Origin: a virus
Lineage: Duplodnaviria; Caudoviricetes
Virus record (IMG/VR): IMGVR_UViG_3300042260_000337
Length of the DNA stretch: 64,000 nt
Strand: one strand, 5' to 3'
A model generated the notes under the pieces. The model was not told the DNA's origin. It worked only from the letters and a program-made list of their open reading frames with translations, and did no database searches. A program made the position numbers and the translations under genes. Shown piece by piece: positions 29,071 to 37,978 of the stretch; the stretch's first letter is position 1; every line of letters starts with the position of its first letter.

Positions 29071-30396
29071 CTATTTCGCGTAGTAAGCGTGTTCGCCAAA
29101 CGGCGGAACGATACGGTCATTGCCATGGATGACAAAGAGAGTGTCGCAGTAGTGTTCGTCACCCCAAGACCCGTAAGGATATCCATCGGTGAACATGACA
29201 AACTTTTGAGGTTGGATGTCATTTTCTTCCATGAACGTCCAGTTGCACACGAAGTCAGTGCCGCCGCAACCAATAATCTGGTAGTCATTGATTTCATCGG
29301 CATTCATTGGGGTAAACTCTTTGAACGATTCTTCGTATACACGAGTGTCAAAGGTCCATACCCGAAGACGGAAATCTTGGAACTGGGTCATAATTCCTTG
29401 AATTTCGCCCATGAAATCTTGCAGCATATCATGCGAGATAGAACCAGAAACGTCCAGACCAATGCAAACATCGACCATTTGGTCAGGGTCTTGTGCAGGA
29501 AGATAGATTCCCATGGAACGAGACTTTTTGGATTGGCGCATCCAAGTGTAGTCATTTTTGAGGCAGCTTTGAACACTCAGGTTCAGAAGCTCCCGCCAAT
29601 CCATCTTGGGTTCAGTCATGGACTGAATCAGACGACGAATTTCACCGGGGGTATTGCCAGCACCAGCCGATTGAGCGGCTTGCAGAACCGCTTGCCGCAT
29701 CTGGTCTTTGATAGCCTTGGCTTCTTCTTTGGTGACCTTGATTGGACCCTTGCGACCAGTCGGATCGTTTTGCATCTTGCCATCTTGGCCATCGCCATCC
29801 GTGCCTTCGTTGCCGAACAGGTGCATATCAAGAGTCTGCTTGCCTTTGCCTTCACCAGATTCTTTCAGTTTCTGGTAAATTTCTTCGGTATACATACCGT
29901 GATATTTACGGTCATACAGCGCAGATTTCGGCATCTTACCGATGTTGCTTTCAACGCAACCTTGGTTGACTTTGTAGTCAGCAGCAACGTTCCAGAGTTG
30001 TGGGTCACGGTCGGATTCAGCATAGTCAAACAGACGACCACCCTCGCCGCAGTGCGAGTAGACACAGTGAAGAACTTCGTGACCAACCACAAAGTCAATT
30101 TCTTCTGGCGTCAACGTGCGGAAGAAGTTGGGGTTGTAATAGAAATGCTTGCCATCCACCGCAGCCGTAGGACACCAGCCCTCGGTTTCAACCAGTTTCA
30201 GACGAGTTGCCAAGGTGCCGAAGAACGGATGCTTGATAAGCATACGAACACGACCAGAAACGATCATTTCTTTGACCGCAGCATCGGTATATTCAAATAC
30301 TACGGGTTCAGGAGAGTCTTTGTCAATCTCAATGCCGTTCTGTTCAAGAACATCATCAAGAAGATCGTCAAGCGACTTGGCGGGTTGATTCGACAT
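29071..30396 (-). CDS. Zn-metallopeptidase-like + VWA domain protein (partner of MoxR-like ATPase)
   Basis: PTAAVDG, HEVLH (HExxH), LDVSGSI (MIDAS DxSxS), GGTDF, FTDG; start refined to ATG 30396. Confidence 0.88.
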   Translation of the reverse strand: MSNQPAKSLDDLLDDVLEQNGIEIDKDSPEPVVFEYTDAAVKEMIVSGRVRMLIKHPFFGTLATRLKLVETEGWCPTAAVDGKHFYYNPNFFRTLTPEEIDFVVGHEVLHCVYSHCGEGGRLFDYAESDRDPQLWNVAADYKVNQGCVESNIGKMPKSALYDRKYHGMYTEEIYQKLKESGEGKGKQTLDMHLFGNEGTDGDGQDGKMQNDPTGRKGPIKVTKEEAKAIKDQMRQAVLQAAQSAGAGNTPGEIRRLIQSMTEPKMDWRELLNLSVQSCLKNDYTWMRQSKKSRSMGIYLPAQDPDQMVDVCIGLDVSGSISHDMLQDFMGEIQGIMTQFQDFRLRVWTFDTRVYEESFKEFTPMNADEINDYQIIGCGGTDFVCNWTFMEENDIQPQKFVMFTDGYPYGSWGDEHYCDTLFVIHGNDRIVPPFGEHAYYAK

Positions 30397-30426
30397 GGGT
30401 ATAACCTTTCTTGTTTCTACTCTAAC

Positions 30427-30456
30427 ACTATACCCCATATGGGCACGAAGAGTCAA
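30427..30456 (-). promoter_or_regulatory. Sigma70-like early promoter
   Basis: TTGACT, 18-nt spacer, TATAGT. Confidence 0.6.
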
Positions 30457-30497
30457 GTTTTATTTGTAAGTTACTAAGTAAAGTAACTTAGAAAAGA

Positions 30498-30521
30498 TTA
30501 GAGGGGCCGAAGCCCCTCTAA
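30498..30521 (-). terminator. UUCG-capped hairpin / terminator
   Basis: ttagaggggc-cgaa-gcccctctaa; C(UUCG)G loop on the minus strand. Confidence 0.6.
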
Positions 30522-30525
30522 GTTA

Positions 30526-31653
30526 TCAGGCATTGTGGGCTTCAATGATCAGCTTGCCATACTTCTTGAAGAAGTCACCGATGCAAGGAACCTTGCGGGG
30601 TTCAAGCGGCAGCTTGTAGACCTTGAGTGCCGTGCGACCGCCAAGGACAGTCATTTCGGTATCAAAGTTGTCCATCATGAAGCGGAAGAAGTTTTCTGCC
30701 ATTTCATAGAGTTTGTCCATGTCGTTCTTGCCGTTCTTGTCAACGAACTCTTTCAGTTCGTAGCAGAGCGAAGCAGTCAGCGAGAACATCGCGGAGATTT
30801 CGTTGCTACCCTTGGGCAGATGCTTCACACGACCTTCGAGAATGTCGGTCGGGTTGGGCATAGCCTGTGCCATCTGGCGGTGAGCCATGAACTTGGTTGC
30901 AACACCATCGCCAACCGTGCCAGCAAGAAGATCGTGCAGACGATGGTTGCTGATGTTTTCGTTTTCTTTGGGCAGAAGGTCCGAAACGAAGGTCCAAGAA
31001 CGGGGGGTCGAGAACGACCGCGATGCCGTGCGAGGGTCAAAGTTGAACAGGTCCATCTTGTTGGAAGTCAGGTAGCCGATGACTTCAGGGTGGATGCGAT
31101 GTTCCATCGCCCAAGTCTGCCAGTCTTCAAAGTCCACAGTGATTTCAAGGTGGACGAAACGGTTGGCGAGAGGCGAAGGCATACGATATGCAACACCACG
31201 GTCGCTTTCACGGTTACCAGCAGCAACGATAAGAACGTTGTCAGGCAGCTTATACGAACCAAGGCGGCGGTTCAGAATAAGTTGGTAGGCAGCAGCTTGC
31301 ACCGACTGAGGCGCTTGGTTCATTTCGTCAAGGAACAGAACCACATTTTCATACTGGGATGCCAGTTCTTCATCGGGAAGGTCGGAAGGTTCCGCCCATT
31401 CCATCTTGCCCGTCACTTCATTGAAGTGAGGAATACCGCGAAGGTCGGTCGGCTCCATCAGAGCCAGACGCAAGTCGATCATGTAACCGTTGATTTCTTG
31501 CGTGATGCTTTCAACGATTTCGGACTTGCCGACACCGGGCGGACCCCAGATGAACACGGGGCGCTTGCGGCGGAACGCATACGCGATTTCAGCTTTCAGA
31601 TCGCTCGGCTTGGTGAGACGAACTTCCATATCTGCGGTAGAAACTTTAGCCAT
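30526..31653 (-). CDS. MoxR-like AAA+ ATPase
   Basis: GPPGVGKS (Walker A), LFLDE (Walker B), AAGN, PLANRF, TPRSW. Confidence 0.93.
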   Translation of the reverse strand: MAKVSTADMEVRLTKPSDLKAEIAYAFRRKRPVFIWGPPGVGKSEIVESITQEINGYMIDLRLALMEPTDLRGIPHFNEVTGKMEWAEPSDLPDEELASQYENVVLFLDEMNQAPQSVQAAAYQLILNRRLGSYKLPDNVLIVAAGNRESDRGVAYRMPSPLANRFVHLEITVDFEDWQTWAMEHRIHPEVIGYLTSNKMDLFNFDPRTASRSFSTPRSWTFVSDLLPKENENISNHRLHDLLAGTVGDGVATKFMAHRQMAQAMPNPTDILEGRVKHLPKGSNEISAMFSLTASLCYELKEFVDKNGKNDMDKLYEMAENFFRFMMDNFDTEMTVLGGRTALKVYKLPLEPRKVPCIGDFFKKYGKLIIEAHNA

Positions 31654-31694
31654 TGGTGAGAACCTTTCTGTTTTGTCTCGGTGATTACTGTTTG

Positions 31695-31723
31695 ATATTA
31701 GCTGATTCTGTTGAAGAAGTCAA
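31695..31723 (-). promoter_or_regulatory. Sigma70-like early promoter
   Basis: TTGACT, 17-nt spacer, TAATAT. Confidence 0.7.
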
Positions 31724-31795
31724 GAGGCTTTTTGCTGTCGGCTTCTTCTTTTTTCGTCGCTACAGGATTGTTTATATCCTGATTCGCGTCCCTTG

Positions 31796-32212
31796 TCAAA
31801 CACTTTCTTCAAGGGAAGCGAGAACTTCGTTGATGGCTTCCTGAATGGGAAACTCATCTTTTGCAGCATAGGGCAGACCAAGGTTGAAGCAGAAGTAATC
31901 TGCGCCATACATCAGGTCAAACTTGTCAAACCATTCGCCCTGAATAATCCATTTCAGAGCCTGAATTTCGTCCTTCGCGCCAGTGACCATAAGACCCTGA
32001 ACTCGCTGATGGAACTCGATAATTGCCATAGAGTCAGCATGACGCTGACGTTCCATTTCGGCGTTCAACTCTGCAATCAAGTTGTCCCAAATGGTTTGTT
32101 TGATTTCGTCGCACGAACTGTGCCAGTCTTCCAACCAGTAGGAAGAAGGACGATACCCACGGGCATCTTTGTGGAGGTCGGAGACAATCTTTTCATCAAA
32201 CGTGTAAGTCAT
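31796..32212 (-). CDS. Hypothetical early protein (138 aa)
   Basis: RBS GAGG and its own promoter. Confidence 0.75.
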   Translation of the reverse strand: MTYTFDEKIVSDLHKDARGYRPSSYWLEDWHSSCDEIKQTIWDNLIAELNAEMERQRHADSMAIIEFHQRVQGLMVTGAKDEIQALKWIIQGEWFDKFDLMYGADYFCFNLGLPYAAKDEFPIQEAINEVLASLEESV

Positions 32213-32240
32213 CTTGCTTTCCTCTCTTGGATACAGGATG

Positions 32241-32269
32241 ACTATAGAGTGATTCTACGATGTTGTCAA
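32241..32269 (-). promoter_or_regulatory. Sigma70-like early promoter
   Basis: TTGACA, 17-nt spacer, TATAGT. Confidence 0.75.
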
Positions 32270-32272
32270 CAT

Positions 32273-32647
32273 CTATTTTTCATAAAATGATTTTATTTCT
32301 ACCCAGTCATCAAAGTTGGCATCAAGCATAAGAAACTCGCTGGCAACTATTTCTTCAAACACAATGAGTTTGTTTACTGGACTGAGAAAGTATGGGCTGA
32401 CCATATACTTGTCAAGCATTAGTATTTGTTTGCCTGATGTTCTTGGTAGTCTTGTGCTTAGTTGTATGGTGTAGGATTGAAAGACTTTTGATAAGGCGTC
32501 CCTGCCAAGTGTAGTCAGACGAAAATGTTTTGTGTCATCATATGAGTATATAAAAATGTCACTGATATCAAACTTATTTTTTCCTGTCTTTTTTCCGACA
32601 AGCGTTGAGTTCAACACATTCAGAACATTTGACTTACTCAAAATCAT
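32273..32647 (-). CDS. Hypothetical protein (124 aa)
   Basis: ORF overlapping the upstream gene; ends in TAG. Confidence 0.65.
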   Translation of the reverse strand: MILSKSNVLNVLNSTLVGKKTGKNKFDISDIFIYSYDDTKHFRLTTLGRDALSKVFQSYTIQLSTRLPRTSGKQILMLDKYMVSPYFLSPVNKLIVFEEIVASEFLMLDANFDDWVEIKSFYEK

Positions 32648-32933
32648 CTAAGTTCAACTTAGTTCCTTGAGTGAGAACATAGACTTCAAACCCATCTGTC
32701 TTGAATAACTTATTCAATCTTTGTGCCAAGTTTATAGCATGTCCAGAGTTTGAAAAAGATACCTTTTTGTATTTTGGACCTGGAATGTTCACAAGAGAAT
32801 TTAGACTACGAATGTTTATTGGTTCGCCATTGAAAAATACAGCGTATATTGCATCTGCCTGTAATACTTGTTCACTGCGATATGAACGTGAGTCTGTATG
32901 CTCAAGAATTATCGTTGGTTTTGGTCGCGCCAT
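32634..32933 (-). CDS. Hypothetical protein (99 aa)
   Basis: RBS AGGGA; ATAAATA motif upstream. Confidence 0.75.
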   Translation of the reverse strand: MARPKPTIILEHTDSRSYRSEQVLQADAIYAVFFNGEPINIRSLNSLVNIPGPKYKKVSFSNSGHAINLAQRLNKLFKTDGFEVYVLTQGTKLNLDDFE

Positions 32934-32993
32934 TGTTACATCCCTTTGGTCATTATTATATATGTATTTATTATTTTTTTGGAATAATAGCAG

Positions 32994-33182
32994 TTATTTG
33001 AACCTTCCGCCATCAATTATTCTTGGACCTTTCGGCGTATGGCAGTCTTTTAGTTCAAGTAATAGCATTCCAATAGCAGCATTAAGTTTATTCGCATCAT
33101 CTATAGACATGCGAATATCTTTATCTTTTTTTAGATTAGATCGTTGAACTAGGGTAATAAAGTCTTGTATGGGCTTACTCAT
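32994..33182 (-). CDS. Hypothetical protein (62 aa)
   Basis: CATAAATA late-type motif immediately upstream. Confidence 0.6.
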   Translation of the reverse strand: MSKPIQDFITLVQRSNLKKDKDIRMSIDDANKLNAAIGMLLLELKDCHTPKGPRIIDGGRFK

Positions 33183-33195
33183 ACATTTATTTATG

Positions 33196-33218
33196 AAAAA
33201 ACCCGCCGAAGCGGGTTT
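33196..33218 (-). terminator. Intrinsic terminator
   Basis: AAACCCGC-TTCG-GCGGGTTTTTT on the minus strand after the RNase H gene. Confidence 0.85.
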
Positions 33219-33221
33219 AGT

Positions 33222-34223
33222 TTACCGAACTGGATATGGCTTACTTAGGATTCTCGCCATTTCATCAGGGGCTTTGGCGAGGTTTTGCAAATCCCATTCA
33301 CCACACCATTTCAAGAAATGAATGCCAACACTCTTGTTTTCCTTGACTACGGACAGTTGGTTGATTGTGTTGATGAACTCATTACGAAGGTCTTCAGGCT
33401 GACTGGTCAAATCAATAAGAGTTTTGTTACGCTCGTAATCTGCTTTGACAGTATGCTCAACTCCGTTATGGTCAGTCCAACGTTGAAGCATAAAGTTGTT
33501 CCAGTTGAAACCGCCAGTGTCACGGTCAGAGAACGCTTCTTGAATACCAATCTTGTTCTTGCTTCCCTTTAGACGTGCGCCTGGGTATGCAGAGAAAATG
33601 TTGTCACTTGTATCGCCACGAATACATTTCTCAAACAGTAGCCATTCTGGGTCGGGTGCAACCAGTTTCTCCTTTGTCTTTTTATCAACAATCGGAGTCA
33701 TGTTTTTATCATCTTTGAAGAAACCTTCTGTAGTGATAATACGATTTTGCACACCATCATAGATTTTTACATTCGGGGCAAGCAACTGCATATAGTCGCT
33801 ATCGCTTGAAATAATGATATGGTTGTCGGTTGGATGGCTTTCAATGAACAACGCAATCATGTCATCTGCTTCTGCATTTTGATGGCGAAGCAAGGTTACG
33901 TTTGTTTTTTGGTCAAGAAACTGAATGAGGCTGTCGTATGCCTCAAACATAATCTTATCTTCTTCTTGCTCACGAAGGCTTTTTGCTTCTTGGGCTACTT
34001 TGCGATGTGCTTTGTATGGGGTATAAAACTGTTTGCGCCAGCTTTTCCCCTCCAAGCAAAACACTGCGTGGTCTGCGTTGAACTTGTTATAGCACATCTT
34101 CACACTATTCATCATAATGTGAAATGCCATACCAATTTTCATATCAATGTCGGCATTTCTCATCGCAACATGTTTTGCACGATGATACATGTTGAAGCTA
34201 TCAACCAAGATAAAAGTAGTCAT
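33222..34223 (-). CDS. rnh: T4-like RNase H / 5'-3' flap exonuclease
   Basis: ILVDSFN, WRKQFY..YKAHR, EADD, SSDSDYMQL, RGDTSDNI. Confidence 0.9.
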   Translation of the reverse strand: MTTFILVDSFNMYHRAKHVAMRNADIDMKIGMAFHIMMNSVKMCYNKFNADHAVFCLEGKSWRKQFYTPYKAHRKVAQEAKSLREQEEDKIMFEAYDSLIQFLDQKTNVTLLRHQNAEADDMIALFIESHPTDNHIIISSDSDYMQLLAPNVKIYDGVQNRIITTEGFFKDDKNMTPIVDKKTKEKLVAPDPEWLLFEKCIRGDTSDNIFSAYPGARLKGSKNKIGIQEAFSDRDTGGFNWNNFMLQRWTDHNGVEHTVKADYERNKTLIDLTSQPEDLRNEFINTINQLSVVKENKSVGIHFLKWCGEWDLQNLAKAPDEMARILSKPYPVR

Positions 34224-34232
34224 ATATTCCTC

Positions 34233-34847
34233 TTATGAGTATTCTGAAAAGTTGTCATTAACTTTCAGACGTTGAACCAGTTGGCCTTCTTTGCTGTCTG
34301 TTAGGAAACTTTTTGGGTTTCCCTTTTCGTCGATCATATCTTCAAGCACGATATTCTTGCATAGGTCACTGAACCATTCGTTTACAATTTCTTCTGGTTC
34401 GATTCCGTTGTAGCCATTGTTCGCTAAGTATTCCACGAAATGCTCATTGAAGTCAAGCTCAAAATAGCCATTACTTGGATTTTTCGTATCAAAATCTATG
34501 TTAAGAACTGCAACATACGGCTCGTTGTTTAAGTCAGCAAGTTTATGGTCATATTGTTGCTTTGTGATAACTTTATGGTATAGGTCGGCACTTAACTTTG
34601 CACGTGCAAGTTCATCTTCGTCCTTGATTAGCAACTCTGCTTCTTTAATTGCAAACTCGTATGGACTAATCTTTCCATACTGAAGGTCAATATTAAGATG
34701 GCGAAACTTGCGATCTTCTTCATTGGGCATCATATCTGCCAATGCCCTATCTTTCGTTTCACCAGAAAGCGTTGCTTCAATCAGTTTTATTTTCTTTTCT
34801 CGTTCTGGCAGTAGCCAGTTCTTTGGATTTAGATATATTCCTAACAT
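34233..34847 (-). CDS. Hypothetical protein
   Basis: Start refined to MLGIY (34847), just after the metK stop. Confidence 0.7.
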   Translation of the reverse strand: MLGIYLNPKNWLLPEREKKIKLIEATLSGETKDRALADMMPNEEDRKFRHLNIDLQYGKISPYEFAIKEAELLIKDEDELARAKLSADLYHKVITKQQYDHKLADLNNEPYVAVLNIDFDTKNPSNGYFELDFNEHFVEYLANNGYNGIEPEEIVNEWFSDLCKNIVLEDMIDEKGNPKSFLTDSKEGQLVQRLKVNDNFSEYS

Positions 34848-34849
34848 GA

Positions 34850-35938
34850 TTACCACCCTATGCGTTCCCAAGGAACGTCTTTGTCACCGAAATGCCCATA
34901 TATACAATTCTTGCTGTATTCAGTGAAGTTGAACAAATCAAACCTATCAATAATTCCTTTTGGTGATAGGTCAATCTCTTTGCGAATGAACCTTTCAATA
35001 GATGCGTTGTGACCATTACTGCTTACATAAATGGATGTTGGCTGTTTTACACCAATTGCATACGACAACTGAATTTGGCACCAATCAGCCATGTCATCTG
35101 CCACAACGTTCTTTGCCAACCACCGCGCCATATATGCTGCTGAACGGTCTACCTTTGTCGGGTCTTTGCCTGAAAACGCACCGCCACCATGTGGAGCAAA
35201 TCCACCATATGTGTCCACGATAATCTTGCGCCCAGTCACACCAGCATCACCGTCTGGACCGCCGATAACGAAGTTACCAGTTGGGTTCAAGTGCCATACG
35301 GTTTTGTCATCAATAAGGTCTGCGCCCAATGCTCTCATGGCTGCAAGTTTAGCCATGTTTCTTGCCAACTCTACATTCCCTTCGGTATGTTGAGTGCTGA
35401 TAACTATTTGGTCAATTCTTTTGACCAATCCACCTTCATATTGAACACTTACTTGCGACTTTGCATCTGGACCAAGAGCATTTCCTTGTAGGCGAAGTTC
35501 TTTTAGTTCTTTTAGAATTTGGTGTGAATAGTAGATGGGTGCTGGAAGATACGATGAGTTATGGTTGGATGCGTAACCGAACATAATGCCTTGGTCGCCC
35601 GCACCGAAGTCATCAGTTCCAAGGGCGATATCTGCGCTTTGATTGTGAATACGGTTTATGATTTCAAGGTTTTTCCAGTTGAACCCATCTTGCTCATACC
35701 CGATTTCTTTTACTTTGTTTCTTACGATTTCGTTAATTTCATCGTTTGACACGTTGAAGTTTTTTACTTCACCAGCCAATGCAACGAAGTTTGTTGTAAC
35801 CATAGTTTCGATGGCGACACGTGTAGATGAATCGCCCACCTTTAATCCAGCGTCAACAAGTGCATCACTAATTTGGTCTGCTACTTTATCTGGATGACCA
35901 TCGCTTACACTTTCACTCGTAAAGATGTAGTTATTCAT
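34850..35938 (-). CDS. metK: S-adenosylmethionine synthetase
   Basis: FTSESVSDGHPDKVADQISDA, GAGDQG, GGPDGDAGVTGRKIIVDTYGG, GGAFSGKDPTKVDRSAAY. Confidence 0.98.
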   Translation of the reverse strand: MNNYIFTSESVSDGHPDKVADQISDALVDAGLKVGDSSTRVAIETMVTTNFVALAGEVKNFNVSNDEINEIVRNKVKEIGYEQDGFNWKNLEIINRIHNQSADIALGTDDFGAGDQGIMFGYASNHNSSYLPAPIYYSHQILKELKELRLQGNALGPDAKSQVSVQYEGGLVKRIDQIVISTQHTEGNVELARNMAKLAAMRALGADLIDDKTVWHLNPTGNFVIGGPDGDAGVTGRKIIVDTYGGFAPHGGGAFSGKDPTKVDRSAAYMARWLAKNVVADDMADWCQIQLSYAIGVKQPTSIYVSSNGHNASIERFIRKEIDLSPKGIIDRFDLFNFTEYSKNCIYGHFGDKDVPWERIGW

Positions 35939-36143
35939 AGTTAATCCTTTGTGTTATATCTTCAATGATGAAATCTGCATCCCTTGAAGTTTGTCTTATT
36001 ACAAATGTAGTTCCTGTTTTGTTCAAAATGGATTGAATACGGTTGAGACGGTCAACCGTATTTTTCAATTCGTTCACTAATCTTTCTACTCTGGGTTCTT
36101 TCATCAACGATGCTCTCACAGAGTTAAAAATTCTCTTTGACAA
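35931..36143 (-). CDS. Hypothetical protein (70 aa)
   Basis: Short ORF overlapping both neighbours, coupled to metK. Confidence 0.6.
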   Translation of the reverse strand: MSKRIFNSVRASLMKEPRVERLVNELKNTVDRLNRIQSILNKTGTTFVIRQTSRDADFIIEDITQRINYE

Positions 36144-36439
36144 ATCATCGTGATGGATTCTGTCAATTCTTCCGAACTTGATATGACATAAAGTTGTGAT
36201 GCAGTTTCATCTTTTTTATAGTCATACTTGTAGAACTCTAATATATATCCGCCATTTGCAGCAAATATCTTAAAGTTTAGTTTCGGGGAAGTATGCAATT
36301 CATTATTTGATGGCTGTGGGAATGAACTCGCATCAATTCCAATCACATGATTATTGGCGTATTTATTGTATAGCCGTGTTATTAGTTTTTGAAACATTGT
36401 CTGATTCGACTTTCTTTTTTTTAAGTATGCCTTGCGCAT
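36116..36439 (-). CDS. Hypothetical protein
   Basis: Start refined to MRKAYL (36439) with RBS AGGAG. Confidence 0.7.
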   Translation of the reverse strand: MRKAYLKKRKSNQTMFQKLITRLYNKYANNHVIGIDASSFPQPSNNELHTSPKLNFKIFAANGGYILEFYKYDYKKDETASQLYVISSSEELTESITMICQREFLTL

Positions 36440-36456
36440 ATAATCTCCTATGAGGA

Positions 36457-36603
36457 AACGAGGGTAATTCCAGCCAACCACCCTCGTTATTGCTCTCACT
36501 CTATTTGACAGGGCTGGCAATAGTAGAGCATTATAGACGCACACTGCGCCACTTATCTAACACGCTCACGGCGATACATCCAGTGTATAGCGGGGGAATT
36601 ACC
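36457..36603 (-). ncRNA. Candidate structured leader RNA with mutually exclusive helices
   Basis: GGTAATTCC (36603-36595) pairs with GGAATTACC (36471-36463); the competing AACGAGGGT / ACCCTCGTT helix overlaps it. Confidence 0.4.
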
Positions 36604-36651
36604 ATACATCATACATTTAGAGGATTGTATAGGCTTCCTATTAGATAAGAT

Positions 36652-36846
36652 TTACTCAACAAGTAGTTCTCGTTCCAGTTTTTCAATTTCTTCTTTCAGA
36701 TGCAACTTCTCTTGTTTCATCTGAACAATCTTATTGTCAGGAACACGTTCATCATAGCATATTTTGATACGAGAATCAAGATCATTGTGTCTTTCTCGTA
36801 GCACTTTTAGATGGGACATTTTTTTGTCACGCTTATGGTCAGTCAT
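36652..36846 (-). CDS. Small coiled-coil protein (YdcH/DUF465-like)
   Basis: LRERHNDLDSRI...MKQEKLHLKEEI pattern. Confidence 0.65.
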   Translation of the reverse strand: MTDHKRDKKMSHLKVLRERHNDLDSRIKICYDERVPDNKIVQMKQEKLHLKEEIEKLERELLVE

Positions 36847-37190
36847 TATGCTTTCTCCTTGGTTGTAGGGTCTTTTATCAACGCCACCATTGCCTCAAAG
36901 TATAATTTTGCTTCTAGCAATTCTGGATATTCTTGTATCAGCCGATGTATCTGCTGTTCTTCTTCCATCTTCCGTTTGGCCCAAGCTATTACCTGTTCCG
37001 TTTCTGGAGACAACGACATGTATGTATACGAGTTATATACTTCCCAATAACTACCGCTAAACACCAATAGCTTTCCTTGGTCCATTCTGACATCGCCAAC
37101 TTGATTGTGTTCTGAAACACTTCTATCTGCTGACGTGCCAGAATAGGATGTAGATACTATTAGATGTTTATCGGTAGATACGTTATTCAC
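36846..37190 (-). CDS. Hypothetical protein (114 aa)
   Basis: Coupled ORF in the replication operon. Confidence 0.7.
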   Translation of the reverse strand: MNNVSTDKHLIVSTSYSGTSADRSVSEHNQVGDVRMDQGKLLVFSGSYWEVYNSYTYMSLSPETEQVIAWAKRKMEEEQQIHRLIQEYPELLEAKLYFEAMVALIKDPTTKEKA

Positions 37191-37192
37191 AA

Positions 37193-37960
37193 TCAGTTAC
37201 CTGTTTTTGCGGGAAGAATGTAATCGTATACGCCAAGTCCAGAGTCAACTTGAATCATCATCGCCCCTTGGTCGGAGAACTTGATGGTCATGTTGCTGGT
37301 ATCGGCAAGACGAAGAATAGTGTTTACTGTGCGCAATGGGTATGACCAAGCAGATTTCAACTCACCGGACACGTTGAGTGCAAATGGCAAGTCAACCTTG
37401 TCTGTTCCGTTGCTACCGATAGAGAAGATAAGATTTCCATTTACTTTCTTGACCGTAAATAGAGAGTCATTTCCACCCAGAACACCATCAAAATAGCGAA
37501 GGTCAGTTACAGCTTTTTGAGTTGGCATAAACTCAATGTCCCACTTCGCGCCCTTGAAGTTCGCTGTTTTGATTTGGTCATCAACCACTTCACTGCGAAT
37601 GAGACGATAGTTTGATTCAAACCCACCGTTCATTTTGAAAGAAATGCTTGCTGGTGATGCTTCGCCATTTCTTTCTTCTTTGTTGACAACAATATCTGCG
37701 TCAACTTTCTTACCCTCAGTGTCTTCGCCCGAATAGTTCAGGTAGCCCTGAAGGACAGAAAGACGCCCGAATCCAACCTTACCAGTGAGTGCATCCACCT
37801 TGTTGTGTAGTTTGCCTTTGAGAACCACTGAACGATTGTCGTCAAGTGCGTCAATCTTTGTTTCGTCACCTTCTGTGGTGACTTTCACCGCTTGGATAAT
37901 ACCAAGTGAATGAGTGTGTTTTACTATGTCTTTTAGAATATCACGCATATTGTGCTCCAT
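37193..37960 (-). CDS. Sliding clamp / DNA polymerase processivity factor (gp45-like)
   Basis: About 250 aa, two-domain beta-rich pattern, C-terminal GLGVYDYILPA; two genes downstream of the DNA polymerase. Confidence 0.7.
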   Translation of the reverse strand: MEHNMRDILKDIVKHTHSLGIIQAVKVTTEGDETKIDALDDNRSVVLKGKLHNKVDALTGKVGFGRLSVLQGYLNYSGEDTEGKKVDADIVVNKEERNGEASPASISFKMNGGFESNYRLIRSEVVDDQIKTANFKGAKWDIEFMPTQKAVTDLRYFDGVLGGNDSLFTVKKVNGNLIFSIGSNGTDKVDLPFALNVSGELKSAWSYPLRTVNTILRLADTSNMTIKFSDQGAMMIQVDSGLGVYDYILPAKTGN

Positions 37961-37978
37961 TTATATTTCCTCAGTATA

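Noticed and set aside
29089-31659. Long plus-strand ORFs 29089..30477 and 30535..31659
   Set aside because: Antisense shadows of the GC-biased VWA and AAA genes; no motifs or RBS.
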